A stretch of 42,959 nucleotides of DNA from Phoronis australis (taxonomy: Eukaryota > Animalia > Phoronida). The stretch covers positions 65,847 to 108,805 of the forward strand of contig NMRA01000824.1 in the NCBI GenBank assembly GCA_002633005.1, written 5' to 3'. A program made the translations under genes and the position numbers. Shown piece by piece: positions 11,160 to 23,371 of this stretch (its first letter is position 1; each line of letters starts with the position of its first letter). The notes beneath the pieces were generated by a model. It was not told the DNA's origin. It searched no databases and saw only the letters and a list, made by a program, of their open reading frames with translations.

Positions 11160-11792
11160 AATTTGTTAAATGCACGACACTTTTCATTGTTCACAGTCTT
11201 TATTCCGTTGCGTTCATACTTTCGGAACAAAACTCTACTCTCAACTGAACATAGATACAGTAACTGACCTAGCGACATAATTAAAAGACACACGATATTT
11301 CGAAAAATTCTTGTTTCATTCTCAAGTGAAGATAAAATGACGCAGTAATGCCACCACAGAGTATAAGCTGACGACACACACAGTGAGACACGGCGGGTGT
11401 GAAATACTGCAAAGAATGAATTGGGGTAACAGGAAAGTCACGCAAACAAGTGTAACGTGCGGCGCGACCCTGTTTGCTGCTCATTCAAAACAGGCTTCTC
11501 AAAAGCAGTTAAAAGGGACTCTAATACTTTCAAACGCAGCACGTGCTCCACGTAGCGAATTGACGTGTTTTCCACAATTTCTTGACGGGTGATTTTACGT
11601 GCGTGGTATTGCAGAAAATGATCTTGAATGGCGCCATTTTGAAGATGCATGGATAACCGACGGGAAAGACTGCTAACCGTTTGACCAATGTAACATTGTT
11701 TGACGTTTGAACGAAGACATTCGTTCATATGGCATACAAATTCATAAACAACACTACACTGTGCAACGGGGCGGACTTTCGCTTTAGAAATG
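11160..11792 (-). mobile_element. Penelope-like fragment (GIY-YIG endonuclease + pLTR) with 15-bp target duplication
   Basis: ORF 11438-11728 has YIGQTVSSLSRRLSMH..LKVLESLL..KPVLNEQ; ttaatgtaaatacag occurs at 11145-11159 and 11793-11807. Confidence 0.88.
11291..11328 (-). ncRNA. minimal hammerhead ribozyme, U3-A8 core variant
   Basis: Minus strand CAC-TTGAGAA-T-GAAA caagaatt TTTC-GAAA-TA-TC-GTG: stem I CAC/GTG, stem II GAAA/TTTC, AUC cleavage triplet; lies downstream of the GIY-YIG ORF as expected for a pLTR. Confidence 0.6.
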
Positions 11793-14422
11793 TTAATGTA
11801 AATACAGTAAATAAATTTAGTAAAGATCCTGCAAAGTGTTTAGGTGATATAGCAATGGGCGCAACAAAAAAAACAACTGCCAGTAAGAGGCGCGACAGTC
11901 GAAGTCGTCGGAAATCATCTTCAGGTGTCCTCTCAGAAGAACATACATGCCTATTTTCACAATCATTTTTAGAGTAGTTTGTTTGACCGTAGAGGGGCGG
12001 ACGCCAAAAAAAAAGACTCGAAAACAGTAAAAATGGCCACCAGGTGGCGCAAAATACCCGGAATTCATCTGAAAAAGAGAGGATAGCTTCATGTCACTAA
12101 CGGATGTATATATGCCAAATTTTATGAAAAACTTTTGAAAACCTTTAAAGTTACAGAGGTACACGTAACAAAACTAAAATTGCCGCTGGAGGGCACACCC
12201 GGCGGTAGTCGCATCAGTTCAAAAGTTCGCTCACGCCGTGCCATTTAAATAAAAGGAACGTTTATGTGTTCAAAATTTCATGCACATACGGGCATCAAAG
12301 GATTTTGGAGATTGAGCAGCGGACGGTGGCACGTACAGGAATGATGGCATAATACCGGTACGTTCACCCATACAGATGTGGGCGCATAAAATTTGAACTT
12401 TTTCATTGTTTGCTCGGCAAAAATCAGTTAACTACAACAGTAGAAAAGAGATATTACAACACTAGAAAAGAGATATGGCACGCAATGAAACTTCTGTTCC
12501 TTTGTTGATATGTTCCAACCACTATTGTGTAACCTGCCTGAGTAACACCATTTATAGTGTCAACGAAGGATTCCTTGGATGTGGGAAGCTTTAGTTTACA
12601 GCAAACGAGCAGTATGCTCGTGTCAAACTTGCTGCAGCCTATTTCTTTTGGTTAATAATTGTGTTAGTTGGTCTTGTCATGATGCGCTTCCCTATTCCAA
12701 ATTTAGACGAATTCTTTGAAGGTATGGTCCTGATAAGCGGTGGTATACGCAAGTCGTCTACGTTGACACCCTGGCAGGTCGAGGTTGGAAAACTCGACCG
12801 GTTGGCGTACCTCGAAATATACCACAATGACAAAAGACACCGTGCAACTGCATCGCTTCTGGACGCAACAGGGTGCTGATGTTACCGTTTTCTATATGAT
12901 CACACCCATCATAAACACATTGAGGGCGACATAAGTACACGTAGTTTTTACATTGGGCCATATACAGGTTAATGGGCAATTACCAAGGCTCATAGAAACC
13001 AGCAAGTGGTTGCAGTTGGAAAGGGAGGTGAGGTGAGTGTTGTAGTACAATTCTTGGCATGACAAGCAAGTGACAAGTTTTTGCCGAAACGTGTGGACAT
13101 GCAACAACTATGGCGCCAATCGTAGAAGCGCAGCAATCGAACCATGTGTTGCAGAATTTTGGTGGAACATTAGAATCACAAATTACAGGGGCAAGGTGCT
13201 GCATGTGTAACTAGGACACAGAATGTTTTATTCCATAAACTGTTGTTACTGATAATTTAAGAAGACAGCTGAAGCAAAAATTATCCAGGTGTTTTGGGTC
13301 CAACTGTTTGTGTTTGGTGGGGTTGCACAGGTGTCATGCTTTTGTGCAGACTCGTACAGCATTAATAGTGTACGCACGAAGCGTCACTGGGTGTTCTGAA
13401 GGTTAGAACAAGTCTTTGGATCAGGGAAGAAGAATTCTTGGAAAGTCTGAAGAATTTCACTTTGGACCTTTTACCAATCCGCTAGTAACTGGGACAGTTG
13501 ATCGTATACTTTTACAAAATTTATGCACTAACAGAAAGGTTCGTCGACAGAAAAATAACGGTATCGATAACGGGACCAAACTTACTTGATATCAATGTTA
13601 AACATGGAATCTCAAAAATGGTGTTATAGTTTTCTAAATTATCATTTCATTTTTGTTTCATTAACTTTCAATGCCATCATAAAAGTCCGGTTTTTGATAG
13701 CCTCTATACATGCAATACTGGAACATATTAAAACAGTTCCTAACAGTGCACTATAGTTCCAATCGATCAAACTCAGCTAAAAGTGGCCATTTTAATCTAC
13801 GGTCTAAACATATTACCCTACTTGGCCAAAAAACAAAAAGCGAATTAGGCCTTTTACTTTGATAAACCAGTTCCATAATATGCCTTACCTAATTACAGAC
13901 AATGCGTACAGGAGCCAATTTCAAATTCACAAATTTTAGGATTGGCCATGCCCCAAGAAACTCCTGAAGTCTTTTCATGGGTCCCTGATGGTTTCTGTGG
14001 TCTTTTTGGTAATGCAAACAGAATTCTGTCATGGTAAGGAACATTAATTGAGACACCAAAAATTCCATGAGAGTAGATTCAAAATGCCCAATTTGATTTT
14101 TTTTGTGTTTCAAATCCAACTAAACATGGCAAAATGCAGTTTTGAAATCTCAGCATGGGCTGAGAGGGTCACTGAGGGGGAATGTTAGGAGTATACAAGG
14201 GGGAGTTTTAGTAGATAGTTGTTACTTGATAGATCCTGTGTCATGCACTGTGACACGAAGTGAGCATTCTGTTACGGTATTCTGTTCTGTTAAGACTATT
14301 GTACTGGATGATGATATTTGCCAAATATCAAAACATCGTTTATGCTGCACTGTGTACTCTTGTGTTGTTTTTGTTTTCAGCTTCTTGCTTTATAGCCTAA
14401 AACCAATACTTTTCCAACTCAC

Positions 14423-14626
14423 CAAAAAAAACCTGAAACGTGACTTCTCCCTTGACAAATCCGCACACTTGACCACTAGAGCACGTCCGTACGTTCACTT
14501 TGTTGTCTAGTGCATCAAATGTGGTCGAAGCACAAGCCGTGTTGCTCTTCACTGACCCGATGATGCTCTTCACAATGCTGTTGTCCGTGTCTAGTTCAAC
14601 GTTTTCACATTCAAAACATCGCAGGC
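14423..14626 (-). CDS. gene 1 coding exon 2: N-terminal half of the Ly6/uPAR-like domain
   Basis: Acceptor aattcttgtacag, donor G|gtgagt, 204 nt, phase 1-1; (G)LRCFECENV..NTAC..RTCSSGQVCGFVKG. LxCxxC is the typical three-finger start. Confidence 0.88.
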
Positions 14627-15098
14627 CTGTACAAGAATTATCCAAAACGGATCAATCAGTGTTGAAATCGAAGTAATTGCATACACAAGTTATACAATTG
14701 CACAACCATTAATGCTCATGAGAGCGAAATCAAAAATGGGGTTGACTTTAGTTGTCTCTCAGTGATTATCATACATAACCCATCACTTTTGGTCAGACTA
14801 TGGTGCATTTGGCCGGACTGTTCACGTAAGTCATGCATTAACATTTCCGCTGGCTTTCCACTGACCTCACTGTCAATACCGATTGTGTGCCGGTCTCATG
14901 TCTTCATTGATTTGGGGTCCATTGGGTCCTTTTTATGTTTGATTAGTGTTAGGTTTAAAGAGTATATAGGAAGTATATTTCAATATATTCCTACACATGG
15001 TTGAATATGACAAAAATAGCACATTTCAACTTCAATTTTATAAACAAAAACTGCTAGATCTTTTCCAGAAATTAATATATTTCTGAGTATTGCACTCA

Positions 15099-17845
15099 CA
15101 GGGCCGTAGGAAGCCCGGAAGCGGGGGGGCACGGGCGCATCCAAAATATTTCAGGCTTAAAGGCTAAACAGTGGCAACCGACATACTCGTGGGGCGGGAA
15201 CAGTCGAGAAAAGAAAGACTGCTAAATACTGATAAGAGAGAAAATTCCAAAGAACATTAAGCAGCTCTGTATCAATGCATGGTTTACCTTTTGAGGACCC
15301 TGGCCAAGACCTCCGCTTTTGCAGTACAGATCGTCTAAACGCACTTTGAAAAGTGCACGTAATGATTCATGCATATATTTCGAAAAATCGAGAAAATTTG
15401 TAAAGTGAAGCTTTTGCGGAACGTATTAATTTACTGGATTTCTAAATTCAATAAGTCAATTTTGCGACTACAAAACTATATTTTTCCAGATGCCCCTCTC
15501 CGGCAAGGGATAACGAAGACAATTGTCGCTTTTTTTCTCAAAATTGTATGTCACTTGAGAAAAATTGATGACCTGACAGATATCATCAATATTGCTGCAG
15601 ATAGATAGATATTTTAATATTTAGGGGTCCCACCCTTGAAGGAGGCCATTAATGACATCCAAGTGGCCACACTTTTTTTGTTGTTGTTTTGACAAATTCT
15701 TAAGTATCCGCTCACGCATAGAGGGCCCAATCTTGGAATAGATTACATCTATTTTCCTGTTTTTTGTGAAATCGTGCAACCACCTTTCATGTTGAAGAAG
15801 GTCACTTCCTGCACCGACTTGTGACCACACGACAGTGGAATGAACTGTCACTCTTTTTCAAGCTTAATGATGTTTCATAATTAATGCGTCCCGTTTCAGA
15901 CGGGACCCTCTCTTGGTGGAGCAGTTCGGGGAAATGTCCTTTTATCCGTCTACACATGTAAATCCGACACTGCCAAGTATTCACGAGGGAAGTTGAGATT
16001 CCAAATTCATCAAAAAACACAGAACATTCGTGCACAGAACAGCAGTATCAAGACATTCGACCCAAACAACCACAAAAATGTGAAAAAATACACTAGGATT
16101 GGCCACCATCGAAAGGGTGGAATTTTAAAGAACGTGAAGACCACAAAAGGACTATTTCCGATAGTTAGTTATAGAATAATGTTACTGTTTCCCATAGTTT
16201 CACAAGAATAGTATCTCTTTTGAACATGGTTACTATGAGTTGTGTAAGGAATTCCCACATGTGGAAAACACTGCTTTCGAGGCTACCATTTGTGATGGCC
16301 GCGTACATGTCGAACGGGGGTACTCAAAGAACTCTCGCGGCCATAAACAAAGATTTCATCGTTTTTGCCACTGGAGTTCAAGTTTAACTCGTGAACTGTT
16401 ATAGGTACGTCTGAAATAAGCAAAAATACACCTTAATACGAATGCCCCAACTGTCATGCTCCCGTCAAAAATCTGTGAGTATGCCAGAGAAATTGCTTAT
16501 AACATTCTGTTTTGATGAACAAAAGTTTCAAGGAATTCAGTTGCAACCAGAAGTTGGAAAAACACTATAATCTGATCCTCAAATAGTGATAATAACATTA
16601 ATGACATTACAACAATTTCCAAAAATATAAGCACAATTCAAATGACAATAAATGCATTGTTTTTAGACTTAGGTACAAGATTTGTCGTTTAAACTCACAA
16701 ACAGGAGATCAAAAAAATTGAATCATTAAATCAAGGTAAAAGCATTGCTCATAAAATCGATTGTTGGTTTCTGATTTACTTGTTTATGTTAGAAGCGAAT
16801 CTTTTAAAAAATGACGATACTTTCGTGAACTTAGTTGCAGGCTGGCATTGGGAAATTCGATCTACCATCAGATCCCCATATAGCAAAGTAAACTAAACTA
16901 TTTTGTCTACCTGAAACAAGTCTCAAGGATATCGATGAATGTCGGACAGCTCTATAATGTGTCCAAAAATGTTCTCACAATTCAAATGAGAATAAATTGC
17001 TTGTCGACTTGGTTTAAATTCACAAACCGTAGATCAAAAAAAAAATTTAAAAGTCCTTAAATAAATAAATTACTTGGAAAGGTTTTTTTTCACTTCCTTG
17101 ACGTTTTTTAGTTTCCAGAAGTATTGCGTAATGGATTTTTGTTCATCAAAACTGAATTGTTTGCTTGACCTGATTCTGTGCATACTACTCAGATGAAGAA
17201 CTTCATGATCAACGTTAAAAAATAAAATGTAACCATGCAGTAGGCGCGCCCAGAAACTCAGTGATCCACGGAAACTGAACTCCAGGTGTTGAAGTGCGTA
17301 CATTTTTGGGACACCCCTTGTATAATTTTTCCCAGCCACCAGAAACTGAACTACCGGTCGTGTTTCAACGAGCTATTTTGAAACAGCCCCAAAACAGCTT
17401 CAAAAATGACCATAATAAAATAAAGTATTCCCGAAACTGGATCACAGAAAAACAAATCTTGACCTTAGAGCCAGGGCTGACGGATAGGTACGAGCTATGC
17501 TGGCTTTCTCAAGTGAATCAGCTTTAGTTCATCGGGAATTTTGTGTTATCACTCTGTTCTCGGCTTCAATTACTTGAGGCATCTCCTCGCTACCCGTCAG
17601 TGCAATAGCCCATTCTTACTCTCTGTGAAACTTTTTTTGGTTCACGGTTGCTCTTGATAGCTGCATCCCCGGGATTGCACCCTACCTAGGGCGGACGTGG
17701 GAGATTTGGTATAAACATGGTTGCATCGGGAGCATGGGGAGGGGGCGCGGGGGTGGCGACGGGGGGTAGTTTGGCGAAGTCGAAATAGTTTGTGCACCCC
17801 NCCCCCCCCCCCCCACCCCAATATTTTGGCCTTCCTACGGGCCTG
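15099..17845 (+). mobile_element. decayed 2.7-kb DNA transposon (hAT-like, 5-bp TSD)
   Basis: TIR cagggccgtaggaag / cttcctacgggcctg, TSD actca/actaa. Faint, frameshifted hAT-like remnants: NVKTTKGLF near 16130, CDG..AYMS..GGTQR..IVF.HW near 16290-16375. Confidence 0.6.
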
Positions 17846-18801
17846 ACTAATGAACTTGATTCTAGCTTGAGCAAACCTGTTTCTAAACTGCATTGAGCGT
17901 GCTCTTCACACCCAGTTTTCCAACAAAAGCCATGATGGTGCTTTTTCTGACAAAATTTGTTAAGAAAAGGTGCATTTTTCAGTTTCCTCCAAAAGGGTTT
18001 TCTTTGAGAGTTTGAAATAAATTATACAAAAGAATCCTATATAGTTTCAACTGCACAACTCTGCAGAATGGTTATATTTTTAAAACTTCGGTGACAAAAT
18101 ATGTATCACCTCTTCCTGGTATCACTGATTTCTGACAACAGGGTATTTCTTTCTGTATCATTTCATCTTTCCAAGAATAATACGAAATGGGTTATGTTAA
18201 AACTTTTTCAGCATGGAACACTAAATGGCAGACAGGTGAAATCTCGTTTTGTCAAATTCATCAAAAAAATAATTGTTCAAGGAAATTTACTTGGCTCTTA
18301 GCATGATTTGTATGTCATAGCTATTACCAAACAACATTTGGTGAAATTCTTAGCATTTGCAACAATGTGGTAAACCTCTGAAAAATATATTATGACAATT
18401 TCAGCTATTATTTTTGTCCCAAATTGGAGAACTTTTACCGTAGCTTTGTGGAATTTACTTCCAACAAAAAACGGTGTAGCATACAAAAGGGAGATTTTTT
18501 AATGGAAGTTCCTAACAAATGGGTACTATTCTCCATTTGGGTTGTCTAATTTTCCAATCCACCTTCCCAAAAAACAGTCGAGCACAGTACAAGCAACATG
18601 ATGAAAAGGGTCACAACAGCAACGAGTCATTCAAGTTTGATTATTGAATGAAGAAAAAAATTCTTGAAAAGTAATTATGATAAATCAGTTTGAGCAGTCT
18701 CTGAAATGGAGGACAATTAAATTACAAGCCAAAATGAATTTATATTAATCATCTTATTAAACTACCGGTAAATGAAAAATATTTGGACACTTCATAGGAT
18801 G

Positions 18802-19556
18802 AGGTTCATGTGCTGTGCTTGGACTCCTGTTTAATCTCAAAGTCGCGTATGCGTGAAATATGGAATACACGAAGAAACTTAACATATTCACTCAGATAAT
18901 CCCGTTCACGTTAATAAAAATCTGCACTGCACTAAATCAAATTACAAGTTAATAAAATAAAGTAAATTTTAACCAACGTTTTTTCAATCAACTATTGGCT
19001 ATATATATCTTACTCACCAAATAATAATTGATTTAACCGTTCACATATTCCTCCTATTCTTTGACACAAGTTACCGTAAAGGAGACAGTGGCGGACCTAG
19101 GATACCATAAGGGGGGCCAACATGTTACCTCTAAGAATTGGGCAAAGCACGATTGTATGCAAAGGCTGCCCGAAAGTTGAGGGGTCGGTGATGTGGACCT
19201 GGTGTTCCCAAATTCTATCGGAGGACTAAAAAAAACACGATACGCCACGCTGTGGGGCCTCACCTCCCCCTCGTCCGCTGCCGTTCTTGGTTGGTGAACT
19301 CCATATTTCCTCACGCTTCACACGCTTCACGATGTTGCTGTTTAATTTTGCTTACACCAGCCAAGGGGCCCCCTGCCCCCAACCCCCCCCCAAATCCGCC
19401 TATGGGAGATAATGGGTGATCATGGGACCAATAATTACAAAAATTCTGAACAAAAAAGTTAACCGGATTTCCCTAATGAATATTCAATTCCAAGTTCACG
19501 CATACGCGATCTTGAGATTATGCAGGATTCCAAGTTCAGGCACAGCACATGAACCT
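18802..19556. repeat. inverted repeat pair (about 70-bp arms), probably an old TIR element, with a nested MITE
   Basis: aggttcatgtgctgtgc..aatctcaa..gtcgcgtatgcgtgaa (18802-18860) is the reverse complement of ttcacgcatacgcgatcttgagatt..gcacagcacatgaacct (19495-19556). Confidence 0.75.
19086..19404. mobile_element. MITE with 5-bp TSD
   Basis: TIR cagtggcgga / tccgcctatg, perfect TSD ggaga. Confidence 0.8.
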
Positions 19557-20081
19557 TCGTAGAAATAATTGGTACAGGCTGAAAAATACTATATAGCACT
19601 ACAGACTGCCAATGGTACTCACAAAAGTGTAAGATCAATAACATTTGACGGCTCACGGTATAGATTTTTTTTCAATATATTTGCAGTCTGCACTGGCTAG
19701 ATTCCGACATTTCAGAAACAGTATTCTATTTTGCAAAAACTCATTCGAATTATACCGGCGCAGTTTTTTGAAAACTCGAGTATGAAACAAATGTCAAATT
19801 ATTTACCAAAACTTAACATAAGAAACATTGAGTTCAATTGCCATATTCCGTCTTATTTGACAGACTGCACCCGTACTTGAACACTGAGTAGAAAAGCTGC
19901 AGCCATGCAGAAGCAGGTGAGAATACAATACCGGGTAAATAAATTTACCAATACCATTGTGATTTCAACAATATGAGACTTGAATTAATCAACTAGCAGC
20001 AAGCATTTTTTATTGGCTCAAAATAAGAATGATCCAAAATCCTAAGATTCGCAGAGATATGGTAGTACCCCACAGACACCT

Positions 20082-20244
20082 CAGGGGCGGATCCAAGATT
20101 TTGAGTCAGGGGGGGCCAGCCTCAGGGCAGAGTATTAGCCAGGATTTTGCCCGTCAGACATTCGCACCCCCGAACTGCCAAATGGAGAATGCAGAATTTT
20201 TAGGGAGCCATGGCCCCCTTGGCCCCCATCTAAATCCGCCACTG
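20082..20244. mobile_element. MITE with 5-bp TSD
   Basis: TIR caggggcggat / atccgccactg, perfect TSD cacct. Confidence 0.85.
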
Positions 20245-20509
20245 CACCTTGCTGATATCCGGCCCTTCTCCCCAAGTGCCCCAAGTCATGATCATTTCTA
20301 ACCATTATATCTACCAATTCTGAGACAAGTTGTTCCGAAGTTTGTCAAACTTGATCTTTTTTAGGGTTTTACATAACCTTCATGTTTTTGTAAGATTTGT
20401 TTTCTCTTTAGGAACAGCAAAAATTAAAGTTCCACTCGTGTCCAACTTATCTGCGAAATGACTCCGAACTAAAACGGCTTGGATTAGTGATGACGACAAT
20501 GATTGTTCT

Positions 20510-21020
20510 AGTCACTGACTGGACAGTGACCACCGTTTCTAGTGCCCTACTAGACAGTGACCACCGTTTCTAGTGCCCTACTAGACAGTGACCACCGTTT
20601 CTAGTGCCCTTAGAGACGGTCGTTGAAGTTCCTATAGGTGCTTCACTCGCGCCGGACGCTTTTCAACGAATTATGCCTCACACTGACTAGAATATCAAAG
20701 TCACGCTGTTATAATTACTTTCTTGCGTATAGAGGGACGCCTTAGAAGGCGACGTGATTGTTTCCAACTCGAACAAATTCTCCCGTAATCAGTTTTTACC
20801 CAACAGTCCGTTCAGTTGGCCAAATCGGCAACTGACCATTTTTAACACTGCGCGCTTTCCTGGCGCAAAAGGTACTTATAACAACGCGACTTTGATGTTT
20901 TAATCAGTGTGAGGCATAATTCGTCAAAAAGCTTCCGGCGTATGAAGTGCCTATAGGATAGGAGCTTCACCGTCTCTAAGGTCAGTAGAGACCGTTGTCA
21001 CGGTCTACGGTGACAGACTG
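20510..21020. mobile_element. palindromic element with long imperfect inverted arms; left arm carries a 31-bp tandem triplication (20522-20610)
   Basis: ccttagagacggt..cctatagg..gaattatgcctcacactga..atcaaagtc mirrored by gactttgat..tcagtgtgaggcataattc..cctatagg..accgtctctaagg; gacagtgaccaccgtttctagtgccct starts at 20522, 20553 and 20584. Confidence 0.8.
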
Positions 21021-21131
21021 TCCTGCCTGTTATGTACGTGCGGCCTACCGTGCTATTGTTCGTGATATATTTTTTTTAAAAACAAGGTTTTACATCCTAA
21101 AAATACAAAAAAGGATATAAACTGCACTTAC

Positions 21132-21183
21132 CAAAACACGATCCCACGAAACTCAAAACAAAGAGTACTCGGAACAAAACCAT
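21132..21183 (-). CDS. gene 1 coding exon 1: signal peptide
   Basis: ACCATGG Kozak context; MVLFRVLFVLSFVGSCF(G); donor G|gtaagt in phase 1 joins GC of exon 2. An acceptor atattttcag 8 nt upstream of the ATG implies a further non-coding exon. Confidence 0.82.
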
Positions 21184-21271
21184 GGTTAAAACTGAAAATA
21201 TAGATACCAAACAAAGAAGGAACAGGAGCCAATCAATTGGTGCGCAGTTTTCCAAGAAAAACAATATCCTG

Positions 21272-21398
21272 GGTAGAGTTGAGTAACGCTAGGACCTCGC
21301 TAAAATCTAACCAAAATCACGTGTTCTCGTTTGAAATACACGGAAATATCTCACGTAATCTCGTAAAATGAGAGGCCCTAGCGTTACTGAACTCTACC
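21272..21398. mobile_element. PIF/Harbinger-like MITE (3-bp TSD CTG)
   Basis: TIR ggtagagttgagtaacgctaggacctc / gaggccctagcgttactgaactctacc; related copy at 39021-39157. Confidence 0.8.
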
Positions 21399-22688
21399 CT
21401 GGTTCCCACAGCTCACACTAAACATTTTGGTATCAGCAACGTGTTCATTTTTTGTGTTTATTTATTTGTTTATTGTATGGCGACATGCGCTCAACCGCCG
21501 GTGTAACTCGCATCTTTCATGTCACCATGGTACTTGTGATGTATGTATATATAGAGATAGACAGATAGATAAAACTTTAGGTTGTGACTAGCGTCCGGTA
21601 CCAAGCTTCCGTTGCAGCCGTTCGGCACCACGAATGGGTAGGAATCCGAACATGCAAAATATCTCATGGTGACCTTCGAATTACGGTAGGCGTATGAAAT
21701 ATGCCAACTTTACGTTCACGCAGGCCAGAAATGCTGTGCTACGGATTACGGAAAAATTCCTTCGATTCCTTTCAAATCTACCGAGCCTGTACAGCAGGCA
21801 CACTGCTACTGAAACAGTGTAGTGGATGTAAGTTGCCAAAAAATGTGAATATCAACTTCAAAAGCGGGTTACATCGCAGACGACCAGGTCTGACATGATG
21901 AAACGGTTGGGCTGTTGAATTTTTTACAATTTCTTCGGCTCCTCTGCAAATGAACTTAGTAGTTACAAATTTTGCTCAAAGTGTATATGCACAATTTTTT
22001 CATCCTAATTAATCAGGTTCACTTAAGACAACATAAGTTTAAAATAATAGAAAATTTCAGGTACCGACCATAGTTTTGCTATGGTATTAGAAAAAAGGCT
22101 ACTGGTAGTTAGATAAGGTCACATCACTTAGTTGAGGTACAATAGCTTACTAAGCAAAGGGGGTACATGGAAATCGTAGGAGTGTGCAGGACTGTTGTGT
22201 CTCTTCGGTGTTTTTAATACCCGTGGCGTTATACATATATATATCAGGGATATACTTCAACTGAAACTGGCTAGTCGCCAACTGAACCACTGCGGCTTTC
22301 AAATCTCAAGAACCCAGACAAAAAGATAGGATGCACAGACTTTTTGAAGGATAGTAGCGATAATAACACGAGCCAACAAAATAATGAACATGTGGAATCG
22401 GCCCTTAAATCTAAACATGTACCTCGATCGACGGCCGTGCTTAAAACTATGTAGTTTCCAATAAACAGAGAAGGGTAAAAGGAAAATACGCTCAATTTAA
22501 TAGTAAGTTTGCGGCAACCATGATGCAGTGAGCTGAATCACCCTTCAAAATATTTAGATTTCTTGCAAAACAATTCAAACAAAGTTTATTGAATTCACGG
22601 CATACTAATGTGGCCTTGCCAATACATAAAAATGCGTAGCATATTCTGCGTTCGGCTTCAATCTTGGTCTGCCGTCACAATCCCAGTC

Positions 22689-23040
22689 AAGAGACAATCA
22701 CCCTAACTCTAATGAAATCAATAAGTGTTCAGATATGTGTTTAATATTGACAAAAATACTAAAATATTCAAGAGACAATTACCCTTTCAAGAACAAAATT
22801 CTATAGAAATCAATAAGTGCTCAGATATGTGTTTAATATTGACAAAAATACTAAAATATTCAACAGACAATTACCCTTTCAAGAACAGAATTATATAGAA
22901 ATCAATAAGTGTTCAGATATGTGCTTGGTATTGACAACTCTAAAATAATCAAGAGACTACCACCCTGTCAAGAAAATAATTCTAATGAAATCAATAAGTG
23001 CTCATATATGCTTAATATTGACAAAAATGCTATAATCAAT
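22689..23040. repeat. minisatellite, about 4 copies of an 81-92-bp unit
   Basis: aagagacaattaccct..gaaatcaataagtg.tcagatatgtg.ttaatattgacaa recurs at 22689, 22770, 22862 and 22951. Confidence 0.9.
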
Positions 23041-23331
23041 ATTTCCAAAGAATGGAAGCAGCCTATAATATCAAAAAGGCCGAGCTTACTGTGCGCATAG
23101 TGTGTCATGTGCGCACAGTGTGTCCTGTGCGTATAGGCTTTTGAGGCACGATCGCCGCAGTCCCAGTCATAAACTGGAAGTCGGGTCACGCCTTCAGTAA
23201 AAAAATTCAGTTTTCTGCAATAGATTTTTACAGAAAAAAAGCAAAATAATAAAACATCGTTTGCTCTTCCCAGTTATACCAAATTCACATGCATAGTACC
23301 ACCTTATGTGTAAAAACATCTATGTACTTAC

Positions 23332-23371
23332 TCAGATCCAAGAGCAGACTCCACATCAATGAACTCGTGAA
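23332..23371 (-). other. possible non-coding 5' exon of gene 1
   Basis: Strong donor TGA|gtaagta at 23331 and an acceptor-like tacaattcag at 23372; no other support. Confidence 0.25.

Larger units (their letters stand above)
10506..12391 (+). mobile_element. composite non-autonomous element (Helentron-associated HINE / pearl-like) with internal tandem repeats, interrupted by a Penelope fragment
   Basis: Starts aacaagagcaacgc; repeated cores (aaattgccactagggg, gatcctgcagtgggtttaggagatacagc, ccaaattttatgaaaa); short cggacgg tract; ends tgtgggcgcataaaa. Second copy at 40014-41510. Confidence 0.7.

Noticed and set aside
12400-13560. Second, highly decayed LINE (RRTF..VPVTSGLVKGP on the minus strand)
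   Set aside because: Only one weak motif is recognisable; not supportable without a profile search.
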